Below the pieces are notes generated by a model that did no database searches, was not told the DNA's origin, and saw only the letters and a list, made by a program, of their open reading frames with translations. Shown here piece after piece: positions 36,194-49,200 of a stretch of DNA of 64,000 nt. Origin of the DNA: Eledone cirrhosa (Eukaryota); NCBI GenBank assembly GCA_964016885.1, contig OZ024766.1, positions 14,384,001 to 14,448,000 on the forward strand, in the 5' to 3' direction. A program made the position numbers and the translations under genes. Each line of letters begins with the position of its first letter. Within the stretch, counting starts at the first letter, position 1.

Positions 36194-36545
36194 ACTTCCT
36201 TATATGGGAAGATTGTAGCTGTCAAGAGGATTGGTCAAAAATTCCTGGTAAACACAATTAAGTCTATCATGGCAGTGGGTGGGAGGTGGGGATGGCTGAA
36301 CTTGCCTGTAGAGCAATGAGGGAGTGGTGGAGCCGGTCAAGCGTTGAAAGTGAAATCTAAACAGCAAATTCTAAGGATTGTGTATGAAAGTAGGCCAACT
36401 TTCATACTTTCCACCATGGCGATTGGACTGCATACCCTGCTTTCCAGGTTACCCTTTGCCACTGATATATATATATTTATATATTGAGTACTCTGGTGCA
36501 TTATGGTCCTTCTGGTTCCTTACCACACCTCCTTTGTTATATATA

Positions 36546-39500
36546 TACAACGGCGGCAAAGATTGGAAACCGAATCTGAGCTTTCCCGCCTCTGGGACAA
36601 GCTGTGGTAAGTTGTTTACGCTCAAGAGACTAACCCCTTGGGAGAGGCTAAACACAGGTCAGAGGTGTTTACGCCTGACAGAAAAGGTCAGAGAATATAT
36701 CCATCTTTCTGAGTTGTTTACGCTTGGCAAACTAATCCCTTGGGAGACTCTAACCAAAGTTCAGAGGATATATCTATCCTTCTAACTTCAACTCTTATAA
36801 ATACAGGGGTTGTTTACGCCCCGACAGATAAGAAGTGATATACAGACAACACAAGTGGCCTTTACAAGCTCTCGTCACGAAATACACCAGTCCGTCACTA
36901 ATTTCCTCTCCTGCCTGGCTGATCGATACAACCACATATTCCGTTACAACTGGTGACCCCGTAAAACAGACACACAACTTCTGATCATCCACTACAAACG
37001 ATGTCTCTAGCACACGACGATTCATCTACGGCAGAAATGGCAGTGAGGGGGGCATTTACATTAAGAATTCCACCATTCTGGGTGCACGATCTAACACTGT
37101 GGTTCGCGCACATCCAAGCGCAGTTCGCATAATAACACACAGCCCACCTGTCGCTGCACGACCTAGAAGGCTACCACCAGACCGGCTGAAGTCCGTCAAA
37201 CAAGAATTTCAGCACATGCTGGATCTCGGCATCATACGTCTGTCCTCACCCATACACTGTGTACCCAAGAAGTCGTCGAACGACTGGCGAATCTGTGGCG
37301 ACTACCGTGCACTGAACAACTGCACCGTTCCTAACTCTTATCCAGTGCCTCATCTACAGGACTTCTCTAGCTCGCTGCACGGGGCTCGCATATTTTCGAA
37401 GATCGATCTTGTGCGAGCTTACAATCAGATACCCGTTGAGCCCGCAGATATTCCAAAGACCGCCGTCACAACACCCTTTGGAATGTTCGAATTTCTGCAT
37501 ATGCCTTTCGGTTTGCGAAATGCAGCGCAAACATTCCAGCGATTCATCGATACAGTCACCAGGGGTCTACCTTTTGTATACGCATACATTGACGACTTAC
37601 TGGTGGCCAGCAGCTCCGACGAAGGACATGAGAAACACCTGGATCTCCTATTCACACGTTTGCGTGAATATGGAATTGTTATCAACCCCAGCAAATGTGA
37701 GTTCGGAGTTGCGTCCCTTCATTTTCTGGGACACATCATTGACAAAGATGGTATTCGCCCACTTAAGGAGAAAGTCAAATCCATCATTGATTTTCCACAA
37801 CCTATATCTCTCCGCAAACTGCGAGAATTTCTTGGCCTGGTAAACTTCTACGGAAGATTTATACCCCACTGTGCAGAGACAGCCCAACCACTCACAGATT
37901 TGCTGCGGCAGCGTACAACCAAAAACGCAAACATCAAGCTCAGCGAAAAAGAATATACCGCTTTCGCTGAGTTGAAGAAAATGTTGTCCGAGGCTACAAT
38001 GCTGAGTTACCCCAAACCTGACACCCCAATGTGTTTATTGACTGATGCATCCGATTTCGGAGGTGGAGGTGTGCTTCAACAACTCTCTGGCGATATTTGG
38101 CGACCTGTATCTTTTTTCTCTAAGCGATTAAAACCCGCTGAAACTAAGTACAGCACATTCAGTCATGAATTATTGGCAGCATACCTTGCTGTCAAGCATT
38201 TTCGACACATGCTAGAAGGTCGTGTGTTCTCTATATACACCGACCACAAACCACTAGTGTACGCGTTCAATGCCAAGCCTGACCGACACTCACCCAGGGA
38301 GGTCCGACATCTGGACTTCATTTCTCAGTACACTACTGATATTCGGTACATTAAGGGTGCCACCAACTCAGCAGCTTATGCCCTATCGCGCATGGAGCTT
38401 AAGGCAATCCACACCACTGCCACTATCGACCTCCAGAAGATTCCAGCGGATCAACAGAATGACGAGGAACTGCTGCAACTCCGGAAATCATCCTTGAAAT
38501 TGAAGGAATGCCCGCTGCCCTCTTCTTCGGGTTATATTTGGTGTGACATATCCACAGGCCGCGAGCGCCCATACGTGCCCCGGAAACATCGACGCGACGT
38601 TTTCTCGGCACTGCATTCTCTGGCACATCCTGGCGTCCGCGCCACGCAGAAACTGATGGTTGCCCGCTTTGTGTGGCCCAACATCAACAAGGACACCCGC
38701 GAATGGGCTAGGAACTGAATCGTGTGCAAGAAGACGAAAATTCACCGGCACATCAAAGCCCCGATCGCTTCTTTCGCAACACCTGATGCACGGTTCCAAC
38801 ATGTGCATATAGACATAGTTGGACCTTTGCGTCCTTCTCAAAACTACACTCAACTTCTCACCTGTGTCGACCGATTTTCTCGCTGGCCAGAAGCTTTTCC
38901 CCTGACGGATATTACTGCGGAAACTGTCGCCAAAACGCTAGTGTTTCACTGGGTTTCGTGTTTCGGCACACCCGCGACCATCACTACGGATAGAGGACGT
39001 CAGTTCGATTCGAACCTATTTACCGAGCTGACTCGTCTCCTCGGGTGCAAACGCATCCGTACAACAGCGTATCACCCTGCCGCTAACGGCATGGTAGAAC
39101 GCTTACACCGCCAGCTAAAAGCATCTATCAAGGCTTACGAAGACTCCACTAACTGGTTCGAATACCTCCCACTCATTCTTCTTGGTATTCGTTCCACTGT
39201 TAAAGAGGGAGTCGGACATTCTCCGGCTGAAATGGTGTATGGCACCGTACTCACTCTACCCGGACAAATGATCACTCCTGTTTCGCCACAAGAACTTCCA
39301 GACCCTACAAAATATGTGCACTGTTTACGGTCATCAATGTCGCATCTGTCTCCTTCAGCCCCTAAACAACAGCACGTTACTTCACACATACCAAAAAGCA
39401 TCGATACATGGACGCATGTTTTCGTTAGAAATGACGGTATTCCATCGCAACTTCGTCCGCCGTATTCCGTCCGGGCCCTACAAGGTGATACAGAAATGCC

Positions 39501-40763
39501 CCAAGTATTTCGGCCTTGACTTGAACGGGAAGCGAAATACCGTCTCCATTGATCGTTTAAAAAAAGCGTTCCTAGAACAGGAATTGCCACCAGTACCCAC
39601 CGTTTCTCCAGACTCACCAACAACTTTGCCCGACACAAACACGGCAAATTCTGCACAACCCCGACACACCAAATCCGGAAGAACAGTCCGATGGCCCACG
39701 CCATGGGATACGTACAAGTTTATCGGGTAAGTACAAATTATGCATCTGGTCGACATTTTGGCTAATTTGTACATTTCAACGAATCGGCCAATTTCTGTGG
39801 TCATGAACTATTGCTACACACAAATCAATTAACTCTGTGCATCACCCACATCAAAAGAACAGACAAAAGAACATTTTCCCGTTTCTATGAAATGAACGAA
39901 CTTTTAATCAACAAACTTTTCGTACGAACATTTTCAATATTATGTAACATCACAGTACATTTTCCTGAATGTAAATTCCTTTTGGTTTGCATGCTTTCTT
40001 TCATGTCTCCTGTTTGTAAATGACTTTCATGTGTTTTTTTATTTTTACTGATTTTCTTCAACAACACACCTAGTCATACCTATCTTCATTTCACATGCAC
40101 CTAGATCGTTCAATCTTAACTTGTTTACGCTCAAGAGACTAACCCCTTGGGAGAGGCTAAACGCAGGTCAGAGGTGTTTATGCCTGACAGAAAATAGGTC
40201 AGAGGATATATCCATCTTTATGACTTGTTTACGCTTGGCAAACTAATCCCTTGGGAGACTAACCAAAGTTTAGAGGATATATCTATCCTTCTAAATTCTA
40301 CTCTTATAAATACAGGGATTGTTTACGCCAAAAACAGAAAAGAAGTGGGATACAGACAAGACAAGACGTTTTACAAGCTCTCGTCACAAAAAAACAGTCT
40401 ACCACTTATTCTCACCTTCCTGGCTGATCGCTGACTCCTGCAATACAAATAAGTAAATATACTGATACGCCGCACACACGCATTCATAGTGACTCCAGCA
40501 TTTGTACACGTATCATTCATTTCTGTTTACACGTATTATAATCGTATTCTGTGATATTTGAATTAACGTGGCTTGAAGAGCCACCAAATTATTGTATGAA
40601 TATTTTGTGTCAATTATTTTATCATTCAATATTCAAATTGAATATTGTTGTAATAAAATAAACTTTGTAACAACACTCCTGGTATTTTTCTTTACACCGA
40701 AACCACCATACCAACAGTTACATCCATCGTTGTCGTTACAATCACACATAATATTCCGTTACA
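36546..40763 (+). mobile_element. Ty3/Gypsy LTR retrotransposon, internally deleted
   Basis: LTR-like repeats ~36546-36948 and ~40121-40763, both ending ATATTCCGTTACA; PBS TGGTGACCCCG at 36951-36961; gag stub and RT-RNaseH-IN order. Confidence 0.93.
37065..39730 (+). pseudogene. pol: Gypsy gag stub + pol (RT YIDD, RNase H TDAS, integrase)
   Basis: [21 protein letters not shown] runs directly into RT; premature TGA at 38716-38718 replaces an integrase Zn-finger Cys; frameshift near 39470. Confidence 0.92.
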
Positions 40764-40904
40764 CCTCCGTCTATATTTCAACCACTGGAACAACCTCACA
40801 CAAGAAACAGTTGTCGCACCTTCAGTCAACATTTTAATGTCAAACATCGAAATAAATGTTATGAGTGTATATAGATAGATGTATATTGTGTGTGTGTATA
40901 TATA

Positions 40905-41160
40905 CAGTAATCCCCCGCTATATCGCGGTTCACTTTTCACGGTCCCGTTACATAGCGGATATTTCTTTGGAATGTATCTAATTTCCTATCGCGGTAATCC
41001 TCGCCACATCGCGGATTATTCGTTAGAACATATCTATTTTCTTATCGCGGTACGTCTGAGTAAAAAGTGTTTAAAATTTAAACTTATTAAATAAGTTTCG
41101 ATGTTATTAAAGAGTATATCGTAAGGAAGGGACATCTTAAGGCTTTAATTATGAACAAAT
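40905..41160 (+). mobile_element. Tigger/pogo-like DNA transposon end
   Basis: TA followed by cagtaatcccccgctatatcgcgg; repeated atcgcgg subterminal motifs; no second TIR found. Confidence 0.6.
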
Positions 41161-41499
41161 GTTTATATTTTCATTCCATTATTGTTTTACTGATTGTGTT
41201 TTGCTCTAATCTACTATAAACCCTTCATAGATTGGTCTCTCTGTAACATGGTTGTTTCTGGAACGTATCATGGCTTAGTGGTTAAAGCATTGGGCTTGCA
41301 ATCTAAAGGTTGTGAGTTCGATTCTCGGACAGGGTGTTGTGTTGTGTCCTTGAGCAAGACACTTTATTTCGCGTTACTCCAGTTTACTCAGCTGTAGAAA
41401 TGAGTTGTGATGTCACTGGTGCCAAGCTATATCAGTCATAACCTTTCTCTTGGACATATATATAGTGTATATATACTGTACACAGTGTATATATATCTA

Positions 41500-43140
41500 T
41501 ATCATCATCACTGTTTTACGTCCCTTCTTCCATGGTAGTATGGGTTAGACAGGTTGTCCTGTTGTGGGCAGTGCCAGGTAGGGTGACCTTGTCTTGCTCA
41601 GATGGGAACCGATTTAGGCTTGATTTCTACAGCTGGATGACCTTCCTAACACCAACCTCACAGTGAGTGATGGGTGCTTTTTTGTTGTGACACCTCCACG
41701 GCCACTTTACAGTGAGTGGGCTGGGGCATATTGTCTATCTGCTTCAGCTTGTACCCAGGGGCTACAACACAACCTCCTCTGCTGCACACAGCATTTGATT
41801 CCTCTTATGTTCAGTCTCTCTCTCAATTTGTTAATGCTTTACCATTCGCGTATATTACTATTACACGTCCATCGGAGCATGCAAGCTTCGTTTCTTTCTA
41901 ATCTACGCAAGTCTTCTACAGACAGTGCCCAGGTCTCACTACCATGTAGCATTGCTGTTCGTATGCACGCATCATACTGTCTGCCTTTCATTTTGAGGGA
42001 AAAGCCTTTTGCAGCTAGCAATGGCAGTAGCTCCCTAAACTTCTTCAATCCTGTTACTGTACTTTCAGAACACCCACCTCCGCTGCTCATTTCGTCACCT
42101 AGGTAGCAAAAGCAGTCTACTGTTTCTACAGATCTCTCCCAGAGTTTGGTGGTGCTTGTTTCTTTAGTTCTGCCATAGATTCAGCTATAAGTGTAAGATC
42201 ATCCGCATATAGGAGTTCCTATGGGCATCAGGTCTTAAACTCCTCTGTTATAGCCTGCATTACTATTATAAACAGAAGAAGGTTAAGAACAGAGCCCTGG
42301 TGGACACCGACCTGTATGCTAAATTCCCCGCTATAGTCATTGTTAACTCTTTGCTGACTGCTCCCCTATACATGGCTTGTACAGCTTTCACAAGCCACTA
42401 ATCTACTCTTAGTTTTCTAAGAGCCCACCAGATTATAGCACGGAGCACTCTGTTGAAGAATTTTTCCATATCGACAAGAGCCAGGTAGAGCGGCTTGCTT
42501 TTAGCTAGGTACTTTACCTGTAACTGCCTCACAAGGAAGAGAGCATCAGTGGTGCTTTTTCCTGGCACAAGCCCAAACTGCATCTCACCTAGTTTTACCC
42601 ACTCCCTGATCAACTGTGCTATGACTCTTTCGATTACTTTCATGACCTGGTCCATCAGCTTTATATCTCTATAGTTTATTCTATCTAGTGCATCTACTTT
42701 ACCCTTGTAGCAGTTGACGATGATGCTGCTGCACCAATCCTTTGGTATGACACCCTCTAGTATTACCTGGTTAACAATATGTGTGGTTATTCCTTTATCT
42801 ACCCATTTGTCAGCTAATAGTATACCTACACCACCTATCCCATTGTCATTTCCCACCCAGAAAAATTTATAGCACTAACTTTTGCCTACAAGGACTCTAG
42901 CGAACTCTCCTCTCCACCTAGTCTCTTGCACACAGCATACGTCAATATCCTTTCACTCTAGCATGTCTATAATTTCTCCTTCCCTTCCTTTCATTGTTCT
43001 TATGTTGATGCTGCCGACTCAGAGTTTTGGACATTTGCCATCATTTGTGGGAAAAGGTGAATTTTTGCAGGGGAGTGTGTATGCTTCCTGTCTCTGAATT
43101 AAAGCTTTGCATGGGTGCTTGGTAACTCGCAGATTCATAT
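41500..43140 (-). mobile_element. Internally deleted, diverged RTE LINE
   Basis: Pieces GIGGVGILLADKWVDK, NYRDIKLMDQVMK, AMLHGSETW joined by deletions. Confidence 0.9.
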
Positions 43141-43215
43141 TCATTTATTTATTCGGGTTGTTCCATTTATCCTTCGCTTCTCCATACATAACAGTAATCA
43201 AGTATACTTTGGTGC

Positions 43216-43662
43216 AGGGCTAGAAGGACAGTAGTAATAATGGCAGAGTTTGTTGGGGCTGGTAAGGGCTAGAAGGACAGTAGTAGTAATGGCAGAGTTT
43301 GTTGGGGCTGGTAAGGGCTAGAAGGACAGTAGTAGTAATGACAGAGTTTGTTGGGGCTGGTAAGGGCTAGAAGGACAGTAGTAGTAATGGCAGTGTTTGT
43401 TGGGGCTGGTAAGGGCTAGAAGGACAGTAGTAGTAATGACAGAGTTTGTTGGGGCTGGTAATGGCTAGAAGGACAGTAGTAGTAATGGCAGAGTTTGTTG
43501 GGGCTGGTAAGGGCTAGAAGGACAGTAGTAATAATGGCAGAGTTTGTTGGGGCTGGTAAGGGCTAGAAGGACAGTAGTAATAATGGCAGAGTTTGTTGGG
43601 GCTGGTAACGGCTAGAAGGACAGTAGTAGTAATGGCAAAGTTTGTTGGGGCTGGTAATGGGT
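43216..43662. repeat. 49-bp minisatellite, ~9 copies
   Basis: Unit agggctagaaggacagtagtagtaatggcagagtttgttggggctggta. Confidence 0.95.
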
Positions 43663-44069
43663 AAGGACATGTTGCTGAGGTTTGATTGGTCAAATAGCCA
43701 ATGGTGGTGAGTGGGAAATTGTGAGATAGGTAGCCATCATGACATATATCATCACAGGAGATTCGGGGGAAATAAGCAGATATAAGTAGGCCTATTAGAA
43801 AAGGCAGATATGCAAGAATTTCGAAGATTGTCACCTAGCTTTGAAAGAAAGGAGAGGTAATTGCAGGGGTTAGGGATGAGTTTGTAGAGAAAGACACAAT
43901 GTCCAACATAGTTTATATCAAAACAAGGTCGAAGTATATACATTGTGGAAACAAGTGAATGATAATAATAATAATAATGTAAACAGAACATTTTGAAATT
44001 GGGGAAGAGAGATAGCTGTAGAATAGAAATAATCTATGGAAGTCTGGGATATAAGTTATATATATATAT

Positions 44070-44580
44070 GTTGTGATGTCACTTGTGCCAAGCTGTATCA
44101 GCCATTGCCTTTCCCTTGGACAACATATATAGCGTATTATATATATTGTACACATCGTATATATACTATATATATTGTGTATATATACTGTAGACAGTGT
44201 ATATATGATATATATATAGTATATATATATGTAGTGATGTAACTGGTACCAAGCTGTATCAGCCATTGCCTTTCCCTTGGACAACATATATAGCGTATAA
44301 TATATATTGTACACATCGTATATATACTATATATATTGTGTATATATACTGTAGACAGTGTATATATGATATATATATAGTATATATATATCTAGTGATG
44401 TAACTGGTACCAAGCTGTATCAGCCATTACCTTTCCCTTGGACAACATCGGTGGCGTGGAGAGGGTAGACTGGTATACTTGGGTGACTGCTGGTCTTCCT
44501 CAAACAACTGGACTTGTGTCTCAGAAGGGAACTTTCTAGTTGCAAATCACATGGTCACTCTTGACCGACAGAGGTCTTCG
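44070..44580 (+). repeat. SINE 3' part with ~160-bp tandem triplication
   Basis: gccaagctgtatcagccattgcctttcccttggacaaca recurs at about 44088, 44248 and 44409. Confidence 0.8.
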
Positions 44581-44719
44581 ATATGTTAGGTGTGTATATA
44601 TAGATGTGTATTGATGTCCATGTGGGAGTCATTGATACCAATGCTAGGGATGGCTGGTCTTCTATATTACTGTATAACACCAAAGATCTCGATCCTGTGT
44701 CATCGTCTTAGAGAAGTGC

Positions 44720-46308
44720 AATTGTGTGAGGTCAGCTGTTATCACCTCATCCCAGGTCTTCCTACTTCATATCTTCCATCAATTGTGTGAGGTCAGCTTT
44801 TATCACCTCATCCCAGGTCTTCCTACTTCATAGCTTCCATCAATTGTGTCAGCTCAGCTATTATCACCTCATCCCAGGTCTTCCTACTCCATAGCTTCCA
44901 TCAATTGTGTCAGGTCAGCTGTTATCACCTCATCCCAGGTCTTCCTACTTCATAGCTTCCATCAATTGTGTGAGGTCAGCTATTATCACCTCATCCCAGG
45001 TCTTCCTACTCTATAGCTTCCATCAATTGTGTGAGGTCAGCTTTTATCACCTCATCCTAGGTCTTCCTACTTCATAGCTTCCATCAATTGTGTGAGGTCA
45101 GCTTTTATCACCTCATCCCAGGTCTTCCTACTTCATAGCTTCCATCAATTGTGTCAGGTCAGCTGTTATCAACCCATCCCAGGTCTTCCTTCTCTATAGC
45201 TTCCATCAATTGTGTCAGGTCAGCTTTTATCACCTCATCCCAGGTCTTCCTACTTCATAGCTTCCATCAATTGTGTTAGGTTAGCTTTTATCACCTCATC
45301 CCAAGTCTTCCTTCTCTATAGCTTCCATCAATTGTGTCAGGTCAGCTTTTATCACCTCATCCTAGGTCTTCCTACTTCATAGCTTCCATCAATTGTGTCA
45401 GGTCAGCTTTTATCACCTCATCCCAGGTCTTCCTACTTCATAGCTTCCATCAATTGTGTAAGGTCAGCTTTTATCACCTCCTCCCAGGTCTTCCTACTTC
45501 ATAGCTTCCATCAATTGTGTGAAGTCAGCTTTTATCACCTCAGACTAGGTATTTTTACTCCATAGCTTCCATCAGTTGTGTGAGGTCAGCTTTTATCACC
45601 TCATCCCAGGTCTTCCTACTCCATAACTTCCATCAATTGTGTGAGGTCAGCTTTTATCACCTCAAACTAGGTCTTCCTACTTCATAGCTTCCATCAATTG
45701 TGTAAGGTCAGCTTTTATCACCTCATCCCAGGTCTTCCTACTCCATAGCTTCAATCAATTGTGTCAGGTCAGCTTTTATCACCTCATCCCAGGTCTTCCT
45801 ACTTCATAGCTTCCATCAATTGTGTCAGGTCAGCTTTTATCACCTCATCCCAGGTCTTCCTACTCTATAGCTTCCATCAATTGTGTAAAGTCAGCTTTTA
45901 TCACCTCATCCCAGGTCTTCCTACTTCATAGCTTCCATCAATTGTGTGAAGTCAGCTTTTATCACCTCAGACTAGGTCTTCGTACTCTATAGCTTCCATC
46001 AATTGTGTCAGGTCAGCTTTTATCACCTCAAACTAGGTCTTCCTACTCCATAGCTTCCATCAATTGTGTGAGGTCAGCTTTTATCACCTCAAACCAGGTC
46101 TTTTTACTCCATAGGTTCCATCAATTGTGTAAGGTCAGCTTTTATCACCTCATCCCAAGTCTTCCTACTTCATTGCTTCCATCAATTGTGTCAGGTCAGC
46201 TTTTATCACCTCATCCCAGGTTTTCCTACTTCATAGCTTCCATCAATTGTGTCAGGTCAGCTATTATCACCTCATCCCAGGTCTTCCTACTTCATAGCTT
46301 CCATCAAA
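44720..46308. repeat. 61-bp minisatellite, ~26 copies, derived from RTE ORF end
   Basis: Unit caattgtgtgaggtcagcttttatcacctcatcccaggtcttcctacttcatagcttccat. Confidence 0.95.
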
Positions 46309-48479
46309 TTTATAAAATGCTTGAAAACAACTTAGAAAAAATGTTACTCAAAATCAAAATTTAATCCCAAAGAGAGGAAATTGGAACATTATCCACTGAA
46401 AGTTGCTTAACCCTTTAGTGTCCAAACCAGCCAAAACTGGCCAGAATTCTCTACCTCTTTCTGTTGAAACTGGCTGTAACTGGTCGCTCAGACTGATGTT
46501 AAGGTATTGTTCTCAAAATAAATACTTTCAAAATCTGATAGATTCAATATTATGTGAGATAAAGCCTTTACCATGAAAATATAATAGTATATATAAAATA
46601 ATGTGAATGCTAAAGGGTTAACCCTTTAACATTTAAACCGGCAATAACTGGCCAGAGTTCTGTCCTCTTTTTCTTTTTAAACCACTCGTAACTGGCCACT
46701 CATACTGATGTTAAAGTATTGTTCTCAATATAAATAATATCAGATTCGATATTATGTGAGGTAAAGACTTTGCCATGGAAATATAATAGTATATATAGAG
46801 TAATGTAAATGTTATGTGAGATAAAGACATTACCATGGAAATATAATAGTATATATAGAATAATGTAAATGTTAAAGGCTTAAACCCTGAAGAAAGGACT
46901 TTTAGGTCCCGAAATATTGGACAGATAAAAGAACAACAAAAAAAAAACAAAACAAAGATTACCAGGTAACTTTTACTTTTCCTTACCTCATCTTATTGTC
47001 CATTTTGCATTGTTTAGCCTTCTATCTCTTTCAACGTTATATTTTATATAGAATGCTTCAAACAAACTACAACATTTAATTATATATCATCATCATCATC
47101 TTCAATTAACGTCCATCTTCCACACTAGCATGTGTTAGACGGGTCCCATTTAGAGGCAAGTGTGGGCTGGATGCTTTTTTGCTGTCTTCTACACGTCCAG
47201 TGTGGGTGAGATATATATATATGTGTATGTATATATCATCACCATTTAGCGTCCATTTTTCCATTCTTGCATGGGTTAGACGGGTCATTCACACCAGGAG
47301 GCAAGTCTGGCCAGGGTTGGCCATGTGTCGCACCTTGCTCAGGTGAGGTCTGTAAATTTGGTGGGGTATTTTACAGCTGGATTCCCTTCCTAACATCAAC
47401 CATGTTTACAGTGTGGAACTGGATGGCTCTGTTATGAGGAGGGACAGGCCAGTTGGCTGCACTGAACTCGTCTCACAGTGGAACTATAATTTTGGGGGCC
47501 TGGTACTGGGTGGTACCACTGTGAGGAGGGGGTAGCCAGTCAGCTGCTCCAAACTCATCTCACGAGGTTACCACAGTTTTGGGGCCCTGTACTAGATGAT
47601 CCCGCTATAGTGATGGTGTAGCTAGTTTATATGAATAAGTAAATCTGACGCAGGTATATTTCTACAGTTTACCAATGTACCGTACTTACTGGCGCCAATG
47701 ACGACCAATTTTTGAAAAAAAATAATAATCAACCTTCGGCCTCCAGGACATATGGTAGATATTTTGGACTTATATTAGGGAAAAAGTAATGTCTTTGATG
47801 CTAGGAAATATGGTGAAAATGTAAAATTTCCACTGTTAAATCTATCCCTGCATTTTAAGTATTCTCTATTATCTCATACTGTTACTTTCTTATAAGTCCT
47901 ATAAGAATGCATTTTTTGCTAAACTGCCATAGAGCAGACCTCTGAAGTGATAGAAGGATATAATTTATAGAGCATGCTGGAATACCACTGCTTACATTGG
48001 AGAGAATTTCTCTGGACAGAATGTTGATATCTACAGTTTACCAATATAGAAATATAACATCTCCACTGTTAAATCTATCTCTGCTTCTAAAGTATTCTCT
48101 ATTATCTCATACTGTTTCTTTCTTATTTCAGAATATCAGATGACATTGGGATAAATTATTATTTTCAATCTTGGATACATCATCTCTATTTATCATCATT
48201 TGAAGACTAAAACCTTCTAAACAGAACTTATATAACACTGTTTATATAAATCTATAGTTCAATTACTGTGAAATATTTCCTCAAAACTGAGTTTATTTTC
48301 TTCACTATAAGATGGTTTTGTATTTTAACTAAACTTGGATGAAACAGAAGTTTGTATTATCTTCAGATATTAACTGAAATCACAGTTGAGGGAAATATAG
48401 AAGAATATTTTATAAGAAATATAATATAAAAAATATTACAAGAAAAACATCTGTATATTCTGTTGAAGAAGAAATCATT

Positions 48480-49200
48480 ATGCCAAATAAATTGATAAAG
48501 AAGATTAAATGTGAAACACAATCTAAAGTGTTTAGTATTGCTGGTGAGATGACAAAGGTTAGAGAAGAGAAGCCATATCACTGTGATATCTGTGATAAAT
48601 CATTCTCTCAAAGTGGTACCTTAACTACTCACAAACGTATACATACAGGAGACAAGCCATATCACTGTGATATCTGTGGTATATCATTCTCTGGGAAAAG
48701 TAGCCTAACTACTCACAAATGTATACATGCAGAAGAGAAATCATAATGCATTGACATCAGTGATAAATCCTTCTCTCAAATTTGTGAATTAATGAGAATA
48801 CAAATACATATCATTGTAACATCTTAGGGAAATCCTTCTCTTTGAATGTTACATTAACTACACACACACATATACATACAGCTGGGAAGCCATATCACTT
48901 TGATATATTTGGTACATCATTCTCTAAATGTTGTGGCTTCACTAGACACCAACATCTACAGGAGAGGAACCATATCACTGTGATGTCTGTGATAAATCCT
49001 TCTCTAAATGTTGTGGTTTCACTAGACACCAACATATACATACAGGAGAGGAACCATATCACTGTGATGTCTGTGATAAATCCTTCTCTAAATGTTGTGG
49101 TTTAATTAGACACTAACATATACAGGAGAGGAACTATATCACTGTGATGTCTGTGGTACATCTTTCTCTTATAAAGATTACTTAATGCAACACAATTAGA
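48480..49200 (+). pseudogene. C2H2 zinc-finger array pseudogene
   Basis: [43 protein letters not shown]..., then about 6 fingers broken by stops and frameshifts; candidate acceptor tttcag at 48130. Confidence 0.9.
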
